Positions 1 through 8,093 of a stretch of DNA of 64,000 nt are shown piece after piece (positions within the stretch are counted from its first letter, which is position 1; the number at the start of each line of letters is the position of its first letter). A program made the translations under genes and the position numbers. The DNA lies in the IMG/VR virus record IMGVR_UViG_3300021197_001203, positions 32,001-96,000 of that record; one strand, 5' to 3'. This DNA comes from a virus. The notes below the pieces were generated by a model, which was not told the DNA's origin, made no database searches, and worked only from the letters and a program-made list of their open reading frames with translations.

Positions 1-1
1 A

Positions 2-67
2 GTTTTCAGCTAATATTTGCGCCATTTCAGCAGCTTGTCGTTCCTGCCGTGTTGTAAATGGCCACAT
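2..67 (-). CDS. hypothetical protein, N-terminal part only (MWPFTTRQERQAAEMAQILAEN...), runs off the window edge
   Basis: ATG at 67 preceded by a GGAGTGA RBS; open to the window start; follows 83..550. Confidence 0.6.
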   Translation of the reverse strand, partial: MWPFTTRQERQAAEMAQILAEN

Positions 68-82
68 TTTCTATCACTCCAA

Positions 83-550
83 TCACTGAGGGGGTTGGTT
101 GTCTTCAGTGTTAGCGGGTGCATTAGGGAGGCCAAAAAGCTGTTGGCCTTCAGCCTGTGCTTGCATTTGCGCCATTTGTTGTTGCATTTCCCCATAATAT
201 TGTTGTTTTTGCATTCTTCTATTCTGCATTTGCATTTGATTTCTAAACCATTTGTCGTAGCTGGCTTCTTTTGAAAACTCGGCTCTCATGGCCATACTGT
301 CTCTTACACCACCTACTTGGAATAAAACCATAGCTATACACAAAAATCCGAATGAGATCAAACCATACTGAATACCCATCTCTCCGGCCCCAGCATCAGG
401 TAAATACCAACCTTGATGCGACAAACCCACAGCCATACCTGTCAACAGGGATTGCCATAGCAACATTGCTATTAAATTAACATCGACTCTATTCGATGCT
501 GCTGCGTCTGTTGGCGGCTGCCACATTGGTGTTCTTTGTCCCTGATTCAT
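83..550 (-). CDS. membrane protein, two predicted TM helices and a Gln-rich C-terminus
   Basis: 155-aa ORF with hydrophobic segments LIAMLLWQSLLTGMAVGL and YGLISFGFLCIAMVLF; GGAGA RBS. Confidence 0.75.
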   Translation of the reverse strand: MNQGQRTPMWQPPTDAAASNRVDVNLIAMLLWQSLLTGMAVGLSHQGWYLPDAGAGEMGIQYGLISFGFLCIAMVLFQVGGVRDSMAMRAEFSKEASYDKWFRNQMQMQNRRMQKQQYYGEMQQQMAQMQAQAEGQQLFGLPNAPANTEDNQPPQ

Positions 551-696
551 TATATCATGTTCTCCTTGTCTCTAATGTGCTTGAAATACATCTCAAGTGC
601 ATGATTGACAAAGGAAGATTTGGACTCACGCCCTCTAGTTTTTTCCATTTTCCGGTAAAGATCGTCCCTCATCACCACTGAAACGTGTTGGCTCAT
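550..696 (-). CDS. ribbon-helix-helix (CopG/Arc-like) DNA-binding protein, 48 aa, not in the ORF track
   Basis: Manual translation MSQHVSVVMRDDLYRKMEKTRGRESKSSFVNHALEMYFKHIRDKENMI fits the RHH pattern; TAATG overlap with 83..550. Confidence 0.7.
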   Translation of the reverse strand: MSQHVSVVMRDDLYRKMEKTRGRESKSSFVNHALEMYFKHIRDKENMI

Positions 697-751
697 TATA
701 GTGTGTGATACGTGTTAGGTTTAAGACAGTTGTCATATATAACAAGGTTAA

Positions 752-3067
752 TTAAGCGATTTTTCTGCCGCTTTGCGATTCTCGGATAGAGTTTTGTTGT
801 ATTACTCGGAATATGTCATCTAATGCTTGACCATGTTCCATGTAAGATGTGTTTTCGTTTTCTCTTCTGAAACACATCCGGCATCCCATTTCACCAGTCA
901 TTGGGTCAATATTCATGTCGCATTTTGTATCTGCACCGGGGAGTGATGCCGGACAAACCTGCTGCCGACTATTACCGCCAAAACCTTTCGGTGTTATCGT
1001 GCTTGTTGTAATTCCGGGGGATTCTAAAATCGAAGCGATGTCACCAACCCTGTCATTTCGTCCTTCTTTGCCCTTATACCACTCAGGTTCCTTGTCAATA
1101 GAAATCCTCATTGTTGCATTATCGGGCAAATGAGACTCTTGTGTCCCCCCTCTAGCCTCCATAGCCTCTCTTATGTATTGAGCTTGGCGTGAAGAAATCC
1201 AATGTTCTAAGTCTCGTAATTCTCTTGGGGTTTGTTGTTGTAGGAGATCGAAATAAGCTGAAACTTCACCGGGGCCTCTAAAATCTCCTGAAGCCTTTCC
1301 TCTAACATAACCCTTACCTGCAAGGTGTTTAGGCGCATTTCTTTTATTATTTGCGGTTTTCATCGCTTCAGAATACATTTCATTTTGCATGGCTGAAAGA
1401 TATTTAGGCATATCATTAAGAGAATTGTATAGATTACGGTGATATTTTCTTTGTGGGCCATTAAACGCCATTTTATTTTGAGCAGCATAACATATTTTAC
1501 AGGCCCCAGTTTTCATCGTACAAGCATGAACGGGCATATCCCCCAATGATATTCCGGGCATTTTACCGGGATTACCAAAGCCAGCCATTAACTTCGATTG
1601 TTTGTCGCTGCCCTCCCATGTTGGTATTTCCATCCCTTCTAAGGGATAATCCACTAGATTAGGGTTATCTTTGGGACCAGTGAGCTGTTGAACCTTTTCG
1701 GGGTATAGATTTATGAAATCAATTATATCTCTATTACCCCCCCCATACATCTGACCTTCAGGGCGTGGTGGGCCGTAATTTCCTTTTTTGTCTTTATTCC
1801 ACGGATATGGCACCGCATCCGGCAACTTACCACCGAACAGCTCTTCCCAAAAGAACATTTCACCGGGTTGCCCCCAGTGTTCTGAATCAAATACTGCTTT
1901 AACCAGCCCCCACGCATCTTCAAAGGTATTGTCTTCTGATAGATTAATGATCTGACCGAGCATTGCATTTTCTAATACGTCTCGGCCTGTATTGGTAAAA
2001 TCGCTTTCTCTAGCTAGAATACCATGAGTTGGGGTCACAAGACCCCGTTTCAAACCGAGTTTATCAGGATTGCTGCCTATATTCATAGGCACAGGAACTC
2101 CCTGATGCTTGAAACCTGATGAATCTCTATATGACGGCATTCTCCCTAACTCGTCTAATATTCTCATTATAGGGTCTATTGAGCCTGTCACTTTACTACT
2201 GTAAGGGACACCATCAGTGTGAACATCTGTATCTAAAGAACCAATACGATCACGCCAGTCATAATCATCAACATCTTCTCTATATTCCCTGTTATCAACA
2301 GAATATTTACCTTCTTTTGGGGTCAAATTGGGGTTTTTTGGTGTTGAGAAATCATAACCCACCATTATTAGAGGTCTGCCCGTTTCTTTATCCCAGCCCT
2401 GCATCGCCCCTTTCTTATCCCTGAAAAGGTCAACATCGTCCCCCCAATCTTGTAGCAACCGGGATTGGTCTAAACCTTCACCCAAAATATCAGATAATTC
2501 CCCGCGGCCTAGATTGCCGTGAACCCACATATGTTCATTTTTCTTACCATCGGCTTTTCTTTGACCATCAATTCTATGAGACCTAGACTGTGCGCCTCTC
2601 GATACATTAAATCTAGGGTCGTCTAAAGGGGTAGCATTAGAAGCCGCTAATGTTGTAAAACGCCCTTGTTTTTGAGGGTCTTCATCAAACCTTCTTTGTA
2701 ATGAGTGCATACCGCCTAAAGCTGGAAAATATTCACCACCAATTAAAGTAGGTGACGGAAGCGTATTACGTCCCGTAAATTGATTATTCCTAAACAAACG
2801 AGTGTTGTAGTCCCCAAAACGGTCTTTAGCAAACCGTGGTATAGCTAATCTGTCTCTCAATAATCGGCTCATACTCCTATGCGACCTTTTATCATCTAAT
2901 AAAGGATAAATAACTTCTCTAAGTGGATTTATTGTTGATTCTATACGGTCCACTGGGGTACGCTGCTGCCCCATTAACGCCCTAGTATTGAACCCATCAA
3001 TTGTAGCCCCGTCAAAGTCTAATGCAGTTTTCCAGCTCTTTTCAAAGAGACTGTCGTCACTGCCCAT
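752..3067 (-). CDS. bipartite protein: unknown N-terminal half plus C-terminal GP88-like (Cys-cluster, radical-SAM-like) domain; degenerate leader at the N-terminus and a full leader internally
   Basis: GNPGKMP..CTMKTGACKICYA..RGKASGDF..CPA..CRMC; FEKSW at the N-terminus; FEDAWGLVK at 1898-1924; start reassigned to ATG 3067. Confidence 0.65.
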   Translation of the reverse strand: MGSDDSLFEKSWKTALDFDGATIDGFNTRALMGQQRTPVDRIESTINPLREVIYPLLDDKRSHRSMSRLLRDRLAIPRFAKDRFGDYNTRLFRNNQFTGRNTLPSPTLIGGEYFPALGGMHSLQRRFDEDPQKQGRFTTLAASNATPLDDPRFNVSRGAQSRSHRIDGQRKADGKKNEHMWVHGNLGRGELSDILGEGLDQSRLLQDWGDDVDLFRDKKGAMQGWDKETGRPLIMVGYDFSTPKNPNLTPKEGKYSVDNREYREDVDDYDWRDRIGSLDTDVHTDGVPYSSKVTGSIDPIMRILDELGRMPSYRDSSGFKHQGVPVPMNIGSNPDKLGLKRGLVTPTHGILARESDFTNTGRDVLENAMLGQIINLSEDNTFEDAWGLVKAVFDSEHWGQPGEMFFWEELFGGKLPDAVPYPWNKDKKGNYGPPRPEGQMYGGGNRDIIDFINLYPEKVQQLTGPKDNPNLVDYPLEGMEIPTWEGSDKQSKLMAGFGNPGKMPGISLGDMPVHACTMKTGACKICYAAQNKMAFNGPQRKYHRNLYNSLNDMPKYLSAMQNEMYSEAMKTANNKRNAPKHLAGKGYVRGKASGDFRGPGEVSAYFDLLQQQTPRELRDLEHWISSRQAQYIREAMEARGGTQESHLPDNATMRISIDKEPEWYKGKEGRNDRVGDIASILESPGITTSTITPKGFGGNSRQQVCPASLPGADTKCDMNIDPMTGEMGCRMCFRRENENTSYMEHGQALDDIFRVIQQNSIRESQSGRKIA

Positions 3068-3140
3068 AGTGATACTAGGGCATACCATTCATCAAAAGTC
3101 TGCCGGACATTTATAGACGATTGCAGAACATAATATTCTT

Positions 3141-3227
3141 TGCAGGGGGGGCTATTCATTTGTCTCGTCCCATTTTTTTGACACACCCCTATTGGTAGGC
3201 TGCAACCTAAACCAACCCCCCCCTGCA
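3141..3227. repeat. 11-bp inverted repeat TGCAGGGGGGG / CCCCCCCTGCA with a 65-bp spacer, in a divergent intergenic region
   Basis: Arms read directly at 3141-3151 and 3217-3227. Confidence 0.7.
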
Positions 3228-3485
3228 CCTTCTAGTGCAGTTTGTTGATTTCATCAGCAATTTTTCCCAAAATATCAAAAACCTTCAAGGGAACGTACAA
3301 CACAAACAAGAAGGTGCCCACTATGAATAATAATAATAATTCTTTCAACATGGATTTAGAAGACATAAACAAAGCGCATACAATAGCATTTTTATTCTTT
3401 GCTGAGGATTATAACGCCAGCAATACAACTTTTGATTCTAGTTTTTATGATCATAGTTAATACTGATCGTAAGCTCAGACAAAGT

Positions 3486-4274
3486 ATGAAAAAACCTGCG
3501 AGGGTCACTAAACTAATACAAAAAACCAAAACATTAGACCCTTCAAATAACGAACCAGCCACGGTTTTAAGTGCAAATAAGGTCACTGGTTGGTCTTTGA
3601 ACTTCCCTATACAAAAGACCTGTCAGCCGTCTAAGCTGTGCATAGAAACCTGCTACTTCGCTTCAGGCATGACGACATGGACAAACTCGTTAAGGAAACA
3701 GCTATGGAATTACGAGTCTTGTGTCGAAGACCCAATTGCCTTTGCTGAAAACATAATATCTGAATATGATAAGAAAATAAAAGGTAAAACAGATTTCTTA
3801 AGATGGAACGGGGGCGGAGATTTGTTTTTTGAATCGACTGAAGCATTGAATTACATCGGTCAAACTAGACCCGACATAGTAATTTGGATAGTCACTAGAA
3901 GGCCCGATATGGCAAAAAGAATAGAGAACCATCCGAATCTCTATGTCCATTTCAGTCTTGATCGAGAATCTATGACTAGAAGAAAAACCGTACTGCCATT
4001 ATTAACCCCTGAAATGCGTAAAAGAGTATTCTTTTCGTATCAAACCGCAGCAGGTGAAGAGCCTGATATGACAAAATTGATTAAAGAGGGGGTAAAATTG
4101 TTCTTTTTTGATAATTATAGGGTGCCTTTAGGTACATATTGGGCAGTAAAAGAAGAAAAAGGGGCTAGATGGGATGCGTTGTGTCCACTCAATAAGATGA
4201 GAAGTGAAGGTAAAGACATAGAAGGTGCCTGTAATGCTTGTCGAAGATGTTTCGATGGTAGCTGGGAACAGTAG
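3486..4274 (+). CDS. GP88-like protein (Cys-cluster, radical-SAM-like)
   Basis: NKVTGWSLNFPIQKTCQPSKLCIETCYF..FLRWNGGGDLF..TRRP..FSLD..CPL..CNACRRCF; likely start ATG 3486. Confidence 0.7.
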   Translation: MKKPARVTKLIQKTKTLDPSNNEPATVLSANKVTGWSLNFPIQKTCQPSKLCIETCYFASGMTTWTNSLRKQLWNYESCVEDPIAFAENIISEYDKKIKGKTDFLRWNGGGDLFFESTEALNYIGQTRPDIVIWIVTRRPDMAKRIENHPNLYVHFSLDRESMTRRKTVLPLLTPEMRKRVFFSYQTAAGEEPDMTKLIKEGVKLFFFDNYRVPLGTYWAVKEEKGARWDALCPLNKMRSEGKDIEGACNACRRCFDGSWEQ

Positions 4275-4322
4275 TTGTCAGTCCTGACAGGTTTTTCTGA
4301 AAAATTGGGCGTGGCGATTTTT

Positions 4323-4682
4323 TCAGGGTGTGCGTCCAGCTCTTCTAAAGCGATCAATGAGTCCTTTTGAACCAAGAGCTTGGGATGTGCTATCAGGAAT
4401 TGATGGTCCCTGCATTGTATCAGTACGTGCATATTCAGAAGCTGGTTCATTGTCAAACATATCCTTGAGCCTTTCATACTCATCTTCAATACCATCATTA
4501 TCTGTTTCTAATATGTTAGCCATAACCTTTCGATTATGACTTTCACCGTCAGTTGTTGATTTCATATCTGCAAATCTTTTAGGAACAGGTCTGCCGCCTT
4601 CTTTGAGTGAATCCAGCTTACTATTAAACTTCTCACCGAAGTCAGCCTTAACCACATTCCATGCTTGATCAAATGTTGTCAT
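4323..4682 (-). CDS. leader-tagged hypothetical protein (MTTFDQAWNVVK)
   Basis: 119-aa ORF with the conserved leader. Confidence 0.8.
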   Translation of the reverse strand: MTTFDQAWNVVKADFGEKFNSKLDSLKEGGRPVPKRFADMKSTTDGESHNRKVMANILETDNDGIEDEYERLKDMFDNEPASEYARTDTMQGPSIPDSTSQALGSKGLIDRFRRAGRTP

Positions 4683-4683
4683 T

Positions 4684-5004
4684 CTATGACCTACCGTAGT
4701 ATTCTTCTTCTGAACCGGGGTGCATTTCGTTTAATGCGGCTTGTGCCCCAACAATCATATCTTCAACCTCTGACATTTCACCGCAGCATTGTTCTGCTAA
4801 TGTAGTTGCTTGGCTAAGTAGTCTGTGTAATTCCTGCACTTTTTTGCCCATGTCTTCCATAGGAGAGCCATCGCTGAGTTGTCCGTTTATTGAACCACTA
4901 AACTCATCTAATTCATCTATATCAATACCATACTGCTCAAGTGTTGCTGGGTCATACCCACCTGACTCTTTTGTTATGTTCCAAGCTTTATCAAATGAGG
5001 ACAT
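4684..5004 (-). CDS. leader-tagged acidic hypothetical protein (MSSFDKAWNITK)
   Basis: 106-aa ORF with the leader; AGGAGG RBS. Confidence 0.8.
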   Translation of the reverse strand: MSSFDKAWNITKESGGYDPATLEQYGIDIDELDEFSGSINGQLSDGSPMEDMGKKVQELHRLLSQATTLAEQCCGEMSEVEDMIVGAQAALNEMHPGSEEEYYGRS

Positions 5005-5075
5005 TATTTTTTCCTCCTGAATAGTAGTTTGCGTTCCAGTTTGCTAAACAATTTACGTGCTGCCCCTGAGACCAT
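5004..5075 (-). CDS. possible 23-aa basic peptide MVSGAARKLFSKLERKLLFRRKK
   Basis: Manual translation; TAATG coupling to 4684..5004. Confidence 0.35.
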   Translation of the reverse strand: MVSGAARKLFSKLERKLLFRRKK

Positions 5076-5112
5076 GTTAGTCTGTAATATTACTATCCTT
5101 TTTTACCTTTCA

Positions 5113-5502
5113 CTATATTTTCCGTGAAACAATGCCTCTTGATTTGATTTTTTTGGGTTTTGACCTTGATACCTCAGTTAAGGGATAACCATACCCCGTG
5201 GTTTTATCTTCTTTAGATTTAGAAGGAACCCGGTGGTTCTTTCTGTCCCTATCAAAATCTTGTTTGCTTTTGTATTTCTTAGGTTTACCCACCTTTGCGT
5301 GTCCTACTAACTCAGCTGGACCTTTACCAGTCCTTATTATGCCGACTTTTTGGCCGACATAGGAGTCAAGTGTGGGTTTTTTACGTGTTTCAACCTTCTT
5401 TTTACCTGATAATATCATATCAGTGTAAGGGACATCTTTGTCATTTATGTTAATTCCCATCTCTTTGACTAGCTGCCAAGCAGTTTCAAACTCGTAGCTC
5501 AT
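5113..5502 (-). CDS. leader-tagged ASCH-domain protein
   Basis: MSYEFETAWQLVK then PYTDMILSGKKKVETR (GxKxxExR ASCH motif) ... LVGHAKV. Confidence 0.75.
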   Translation of the reverse strand: MSYEFETAWQLVKEMGININDKDVPYTDMILSGKKKVETRKKPTLDSYVGQKVGIIRTGKGPAELVGHAKVGKPKKYKSKQDFDRDRKNHRVPSKSKEDKTTGYGYPLTEVSRSKPKKIKSRGIVSRKI

Positions 5503-5546
5503 TAGCTGGTTGGTGTTTTCGATCATAAATAAGTGATCTGTTAATA

Positions 5547-6410
5547 TTATATTCTTTTGGAAGGATAACGCCGAATCGTTTTATCTGCCATATTAGGGGT
5601 TGAGGGGGTCGTGAAATCGCCGAGGAATGAGCCGTCTGCATAGTAATCGAGCATTCTCATGCCTTCCGTTGAAGGATAGTTGGGTGCATGGTAATTACCG
5701 GGGCCTATGTCATTTGTGTTATCAGACCCAAAATAATATTCCAGCTCGTCCAAAAGCTGGGCATTGACCCCTCTTTTTCCTCCAAACTCAAAGCTAGTCT
5801 TTGGGTTGCTCTTGGCTTCCTCATACGCATCCCTCGCAAGCTGGTCCCACCAATTTTCAAGCTTGTCATCAAAGGCACTCGCATTTGCTTGTCTTCTTGT
5901 AAGAGGCCCTTGTAATATGACTCTTTCACGATTCGGCCACTTTCCCACGTATGCAGTTCGGTCCCATTCATGTCCAGTCCCTGCCCCTTGTGTGTATTGT
6001 GAATCTTGTCCCTTTAACCAGCTCATATCGACTCTAGGCATTTTCATAGCATTCACAGGAAGGCCATCCACAGTCATCTGTTCGGCTGGAAGAAGGTATT
6101 TCTCAGCAACGTCCGGCAGGACGTTCTTCATCCTGTCATATGTGAAAGCCTCCCAAAAATCGTCTTTTTTACCCGGAGATTCATCATTAAGCTGTTCTAA
6201 TAATCGCCTCCCTCCAGCATCCAAATTAGGTACTTTAGCCACAGAGCCGGGGTCGTCCCGAATGTCGAAGACCCTTCTTTGGCCTCCTTGATCAAATGCG
6301 TCTCCTAAGCCCAACTTTTCCGTAGCTATCCGAGAAAGCTCGGTCTCTCTTTCTAATGGGGTCGTATCGTCAAACTTAACTATCTCCCAAGCTTGGTCAA
6401 ATGCGGTCAT
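5547..6410 (-). CDS. leader-tagged protein-kinase-like protein
   Basis: MTAFDQAWEIVK; QGGQRRVF (Gly loop), VAKVP (VAIK-like Lys), DIGPGN (DxxxxN), LDY (DFG-like). Confidence 0.55.
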   Translation of the reverse strand: MTAFDQAWEIVKFDDTTPLERETELSRIATEKLGLGDAFDQGGQRRVFDIRDDPGSVAKVPNLDAGGRRLLEQLNDESPGKKDDFWEAFTYDRMKNVLPDVAEKYLLPAEQMTVDGLPVNAMKMPRVDMSWLKGQDSQYTQGAGTGHEWDRTAYVGKWPNRERVILQGPLTRRQANASAFDDKLENWWDQLARDAYEEAKSNPKTSFEFGGKRGVNAQLLDELEYYFGSDNTNDIGPGNYHAPNYPSTEGMRMLDYYADGSFLGDFTTPSTPNMADKTIRRYPSKRI

Positions 6411-6712
6411 TGATGGTCCTCCATCCTATTGTATCGCATCATTACCTCTTCGGGGGTAAGTCCTGAATCAGTCTCTGTATTTTCCCAATCCGTGTCACAC
6501 ACCCCACAACCACCCATTTTCGCACAGCAATCATTACAGATGTAATTTCCCGGTGTCCCACAGGCGTGTTCAGCCATACTATTCATACCGCACAACGGAC
6601 AAGGGGTATTTTCATTGTAAACGTCATCATCCTTCGACCTATCACGATTAGGGTCGATAGATATGGAAAAGTCCTCTTTTACAAGATTCCAAGCTCGATC
6701 AAAGGCGGTCAT
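6407..6712 (-). CDS. leader-tagged Cys-rich (Zn-finger) protein
   Basis: MTAFDRAWNLVK; CPLC..HAC..CNDCC..CGVC; ATGA overlap. Confidence 0.8.
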   Translation of the reverse strand: MTAFDRAWNLVKEDFSISIDPNRDRSKDDDVYNENTPCPLCGMNSMAEHACGTPGNYICNDCCAKMGGCGVCDTDWENTETDSGLTPEEVMMRYNRMEDHQ

Positions 6713-7101
6713 TCATAATCCTCCATTCTATCTCGGTATGCCTCATAGTCAATACCATATGTTCTTTTAGGGCCAACCGTACTACCGTTTTCAATTGCCT
6801 GATTAAGATCGAATGGCTTGCCATCTCCAAAGAAACCTTCAATCTCCATTGAATCAGACATTCGTTTATCAACCCACGGATGAATACATTTGCTACATAA
6901 TTTTGGAATACCCTCAACTATGTTGTTGATGTCGCTAAAACATCGCTCACATTCACTCGGCCAGTTTACACTTGGGTCGGGGTCAAGCGGTTCTTGAAGC
7001 AATAATTGGTTCTCATTCGCAATTCTTTGTATTTCTTCATCGGAAAACAACCGATGATATACGGACTTCACAATATCCCATGCTCGGTCAAATGCGGTCA
7101 T
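6709..7101 (-). CDS. leader-tagged Zn-finger protein
   Basis: MTAFDRAWDIVK; CERC..CSKC; ATGA overlap. Confidence 0.8.
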   Translation of the reverse strand: MTAFDRAWDIVKSVYHRLFSDEEIQRIANENQLLLQEPLDPDPSVNWPSECERCFSDINNIVEGIPKLCSKCIHPWVDKRMSDSMEIEGFFGDGKPFDLNQAIENGSTVGPKRTYGIDYEAYRDRMEDYE

Positions 7102-7721
7102 TGTTCCGCCCTCCTTTGCATTTCTTCAAGGCTCAATTCGGGCGAATGCCCTGTTTCATCGGGATCATCATCAAACCAAGCCAATCTTCTTTTTGGTCTA
7201 TCCACAGGCAGGTTTGCTCTTGCCAATGAATCAAGGTGTCCTCTTTCATAAGTCGGCCAATTTGTAGGTTCATTCACTTCAAAATCACTTTGATGCACCA
7301 ATTCTAAGAACTCCGGTGGTATGGTGACGTTTGAGAATAGGTGCGGTGAACCCCTGCCGTCATATCCTTCACGCATAGGGAATGATGGATCAATTCGTAT
7401 CATTGCAGGTGTAGCCACATCGTCTTGAATGTAGGGAACGCTAAGGTTTGGGTCACGCAGAAGATGAAGCCCTTGCTCATGCGCTCTTTTGCGTTGTGGC
7501 ATATTTGCTGCCATCATACCGTAAAGATTGGCAATGTTGGGATATGATGATGCGAACACCTTTGGCCCAGATCCGTATGTGTCTTTTCCTCCGATGAACT
7601 TGTTGCTATCCTCATACGTTCCGGGCTTCAATCCTTCACGCATTATGTTTTCAACACGATCTGATGTTGTTCCGTGATATGGCATCTTCACGATAGCCCA
7701 TGCGGTATCAAAGGCGGTCAT
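7098..7721 (-). CDS. leader-tagged ADP-ribosyltransferase-fold protein (Tpt1/PARP-like YHGT class)
   Basis: MTAFDTAWAIVK immediately followed by MPYHGTTSDRVENIMREGLKP..VFAS..A.LY..IPPEFL. Confidence 0.7.
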   Translation of the reverse strand: MTAFDTAWAIVKMPYHGTTSDRVENIMREGLKPGTYEDSNKFIGGKDTYGSGPKVFASSYPNIANLYGMMAANMPQRKRAHEQGLHLLRDPNLSVPYIQDDVATPAMIRIDPSFPMREGYDGRGSPHLFSNVTIPPEFLELVHQSDFEVNEPTNWPTYERGHLDSLARANLPVDRPKRRLAWFDDDPDETGHSPELSLEEMQRRAEQ

Positions 7722-8008
7722 TCCATGCCCTCCAATTCATCGTTCAGATTCAATTCAACCATAGCATCAGGATTTTCCCACCATTCAGTCAATTGTTTGG
7801 CAAACTCATTCGCTATCGAAGGCGACATCGTTTTTATGAAATTGAAAAATTGTTGCATATCTCCTAATCTCTTTGCATACATATCTGATTCATTGATGAT
7901 AGAAAGCATGGAAGCATTATCCGCGTTTCGTTTTCTGAGGAAGTTAATCTGCATCTCATAGTGTGGTGAGTTTTTCACCAAATCCCATGCTCGGTCAAAT
8001 GCGGTCAT
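7718..8008 (-). CDS. leader-tagged hypothetical protein (MTAFDRAWDLVK)
   Basis: 96-aa ORF; GGTGA RBS. Confidence 0.8.
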   Translation of the reverse strand: MTAFDRAWDLVKNSPHYEMQINFLRKRNADNASMLSIINESDMYAKRLGDMQQFFNFIKTMSPSIANEFAKQLTEWWENPDAMVELNLNDELEGME

Positions 8009-8093
8009 TTCGTCACCACTATCCTACAACATGAACCATCGATCACCCTAAGATTACCCAAAGCATTCCCACAATTAGGGCAATAAGATTTAC

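Noticed and set aside
3242-3460. Small plus-strand ORF with an Asn run
   Set aside because: Low-complexity AT-rich sequence with no supporting motif; not called.
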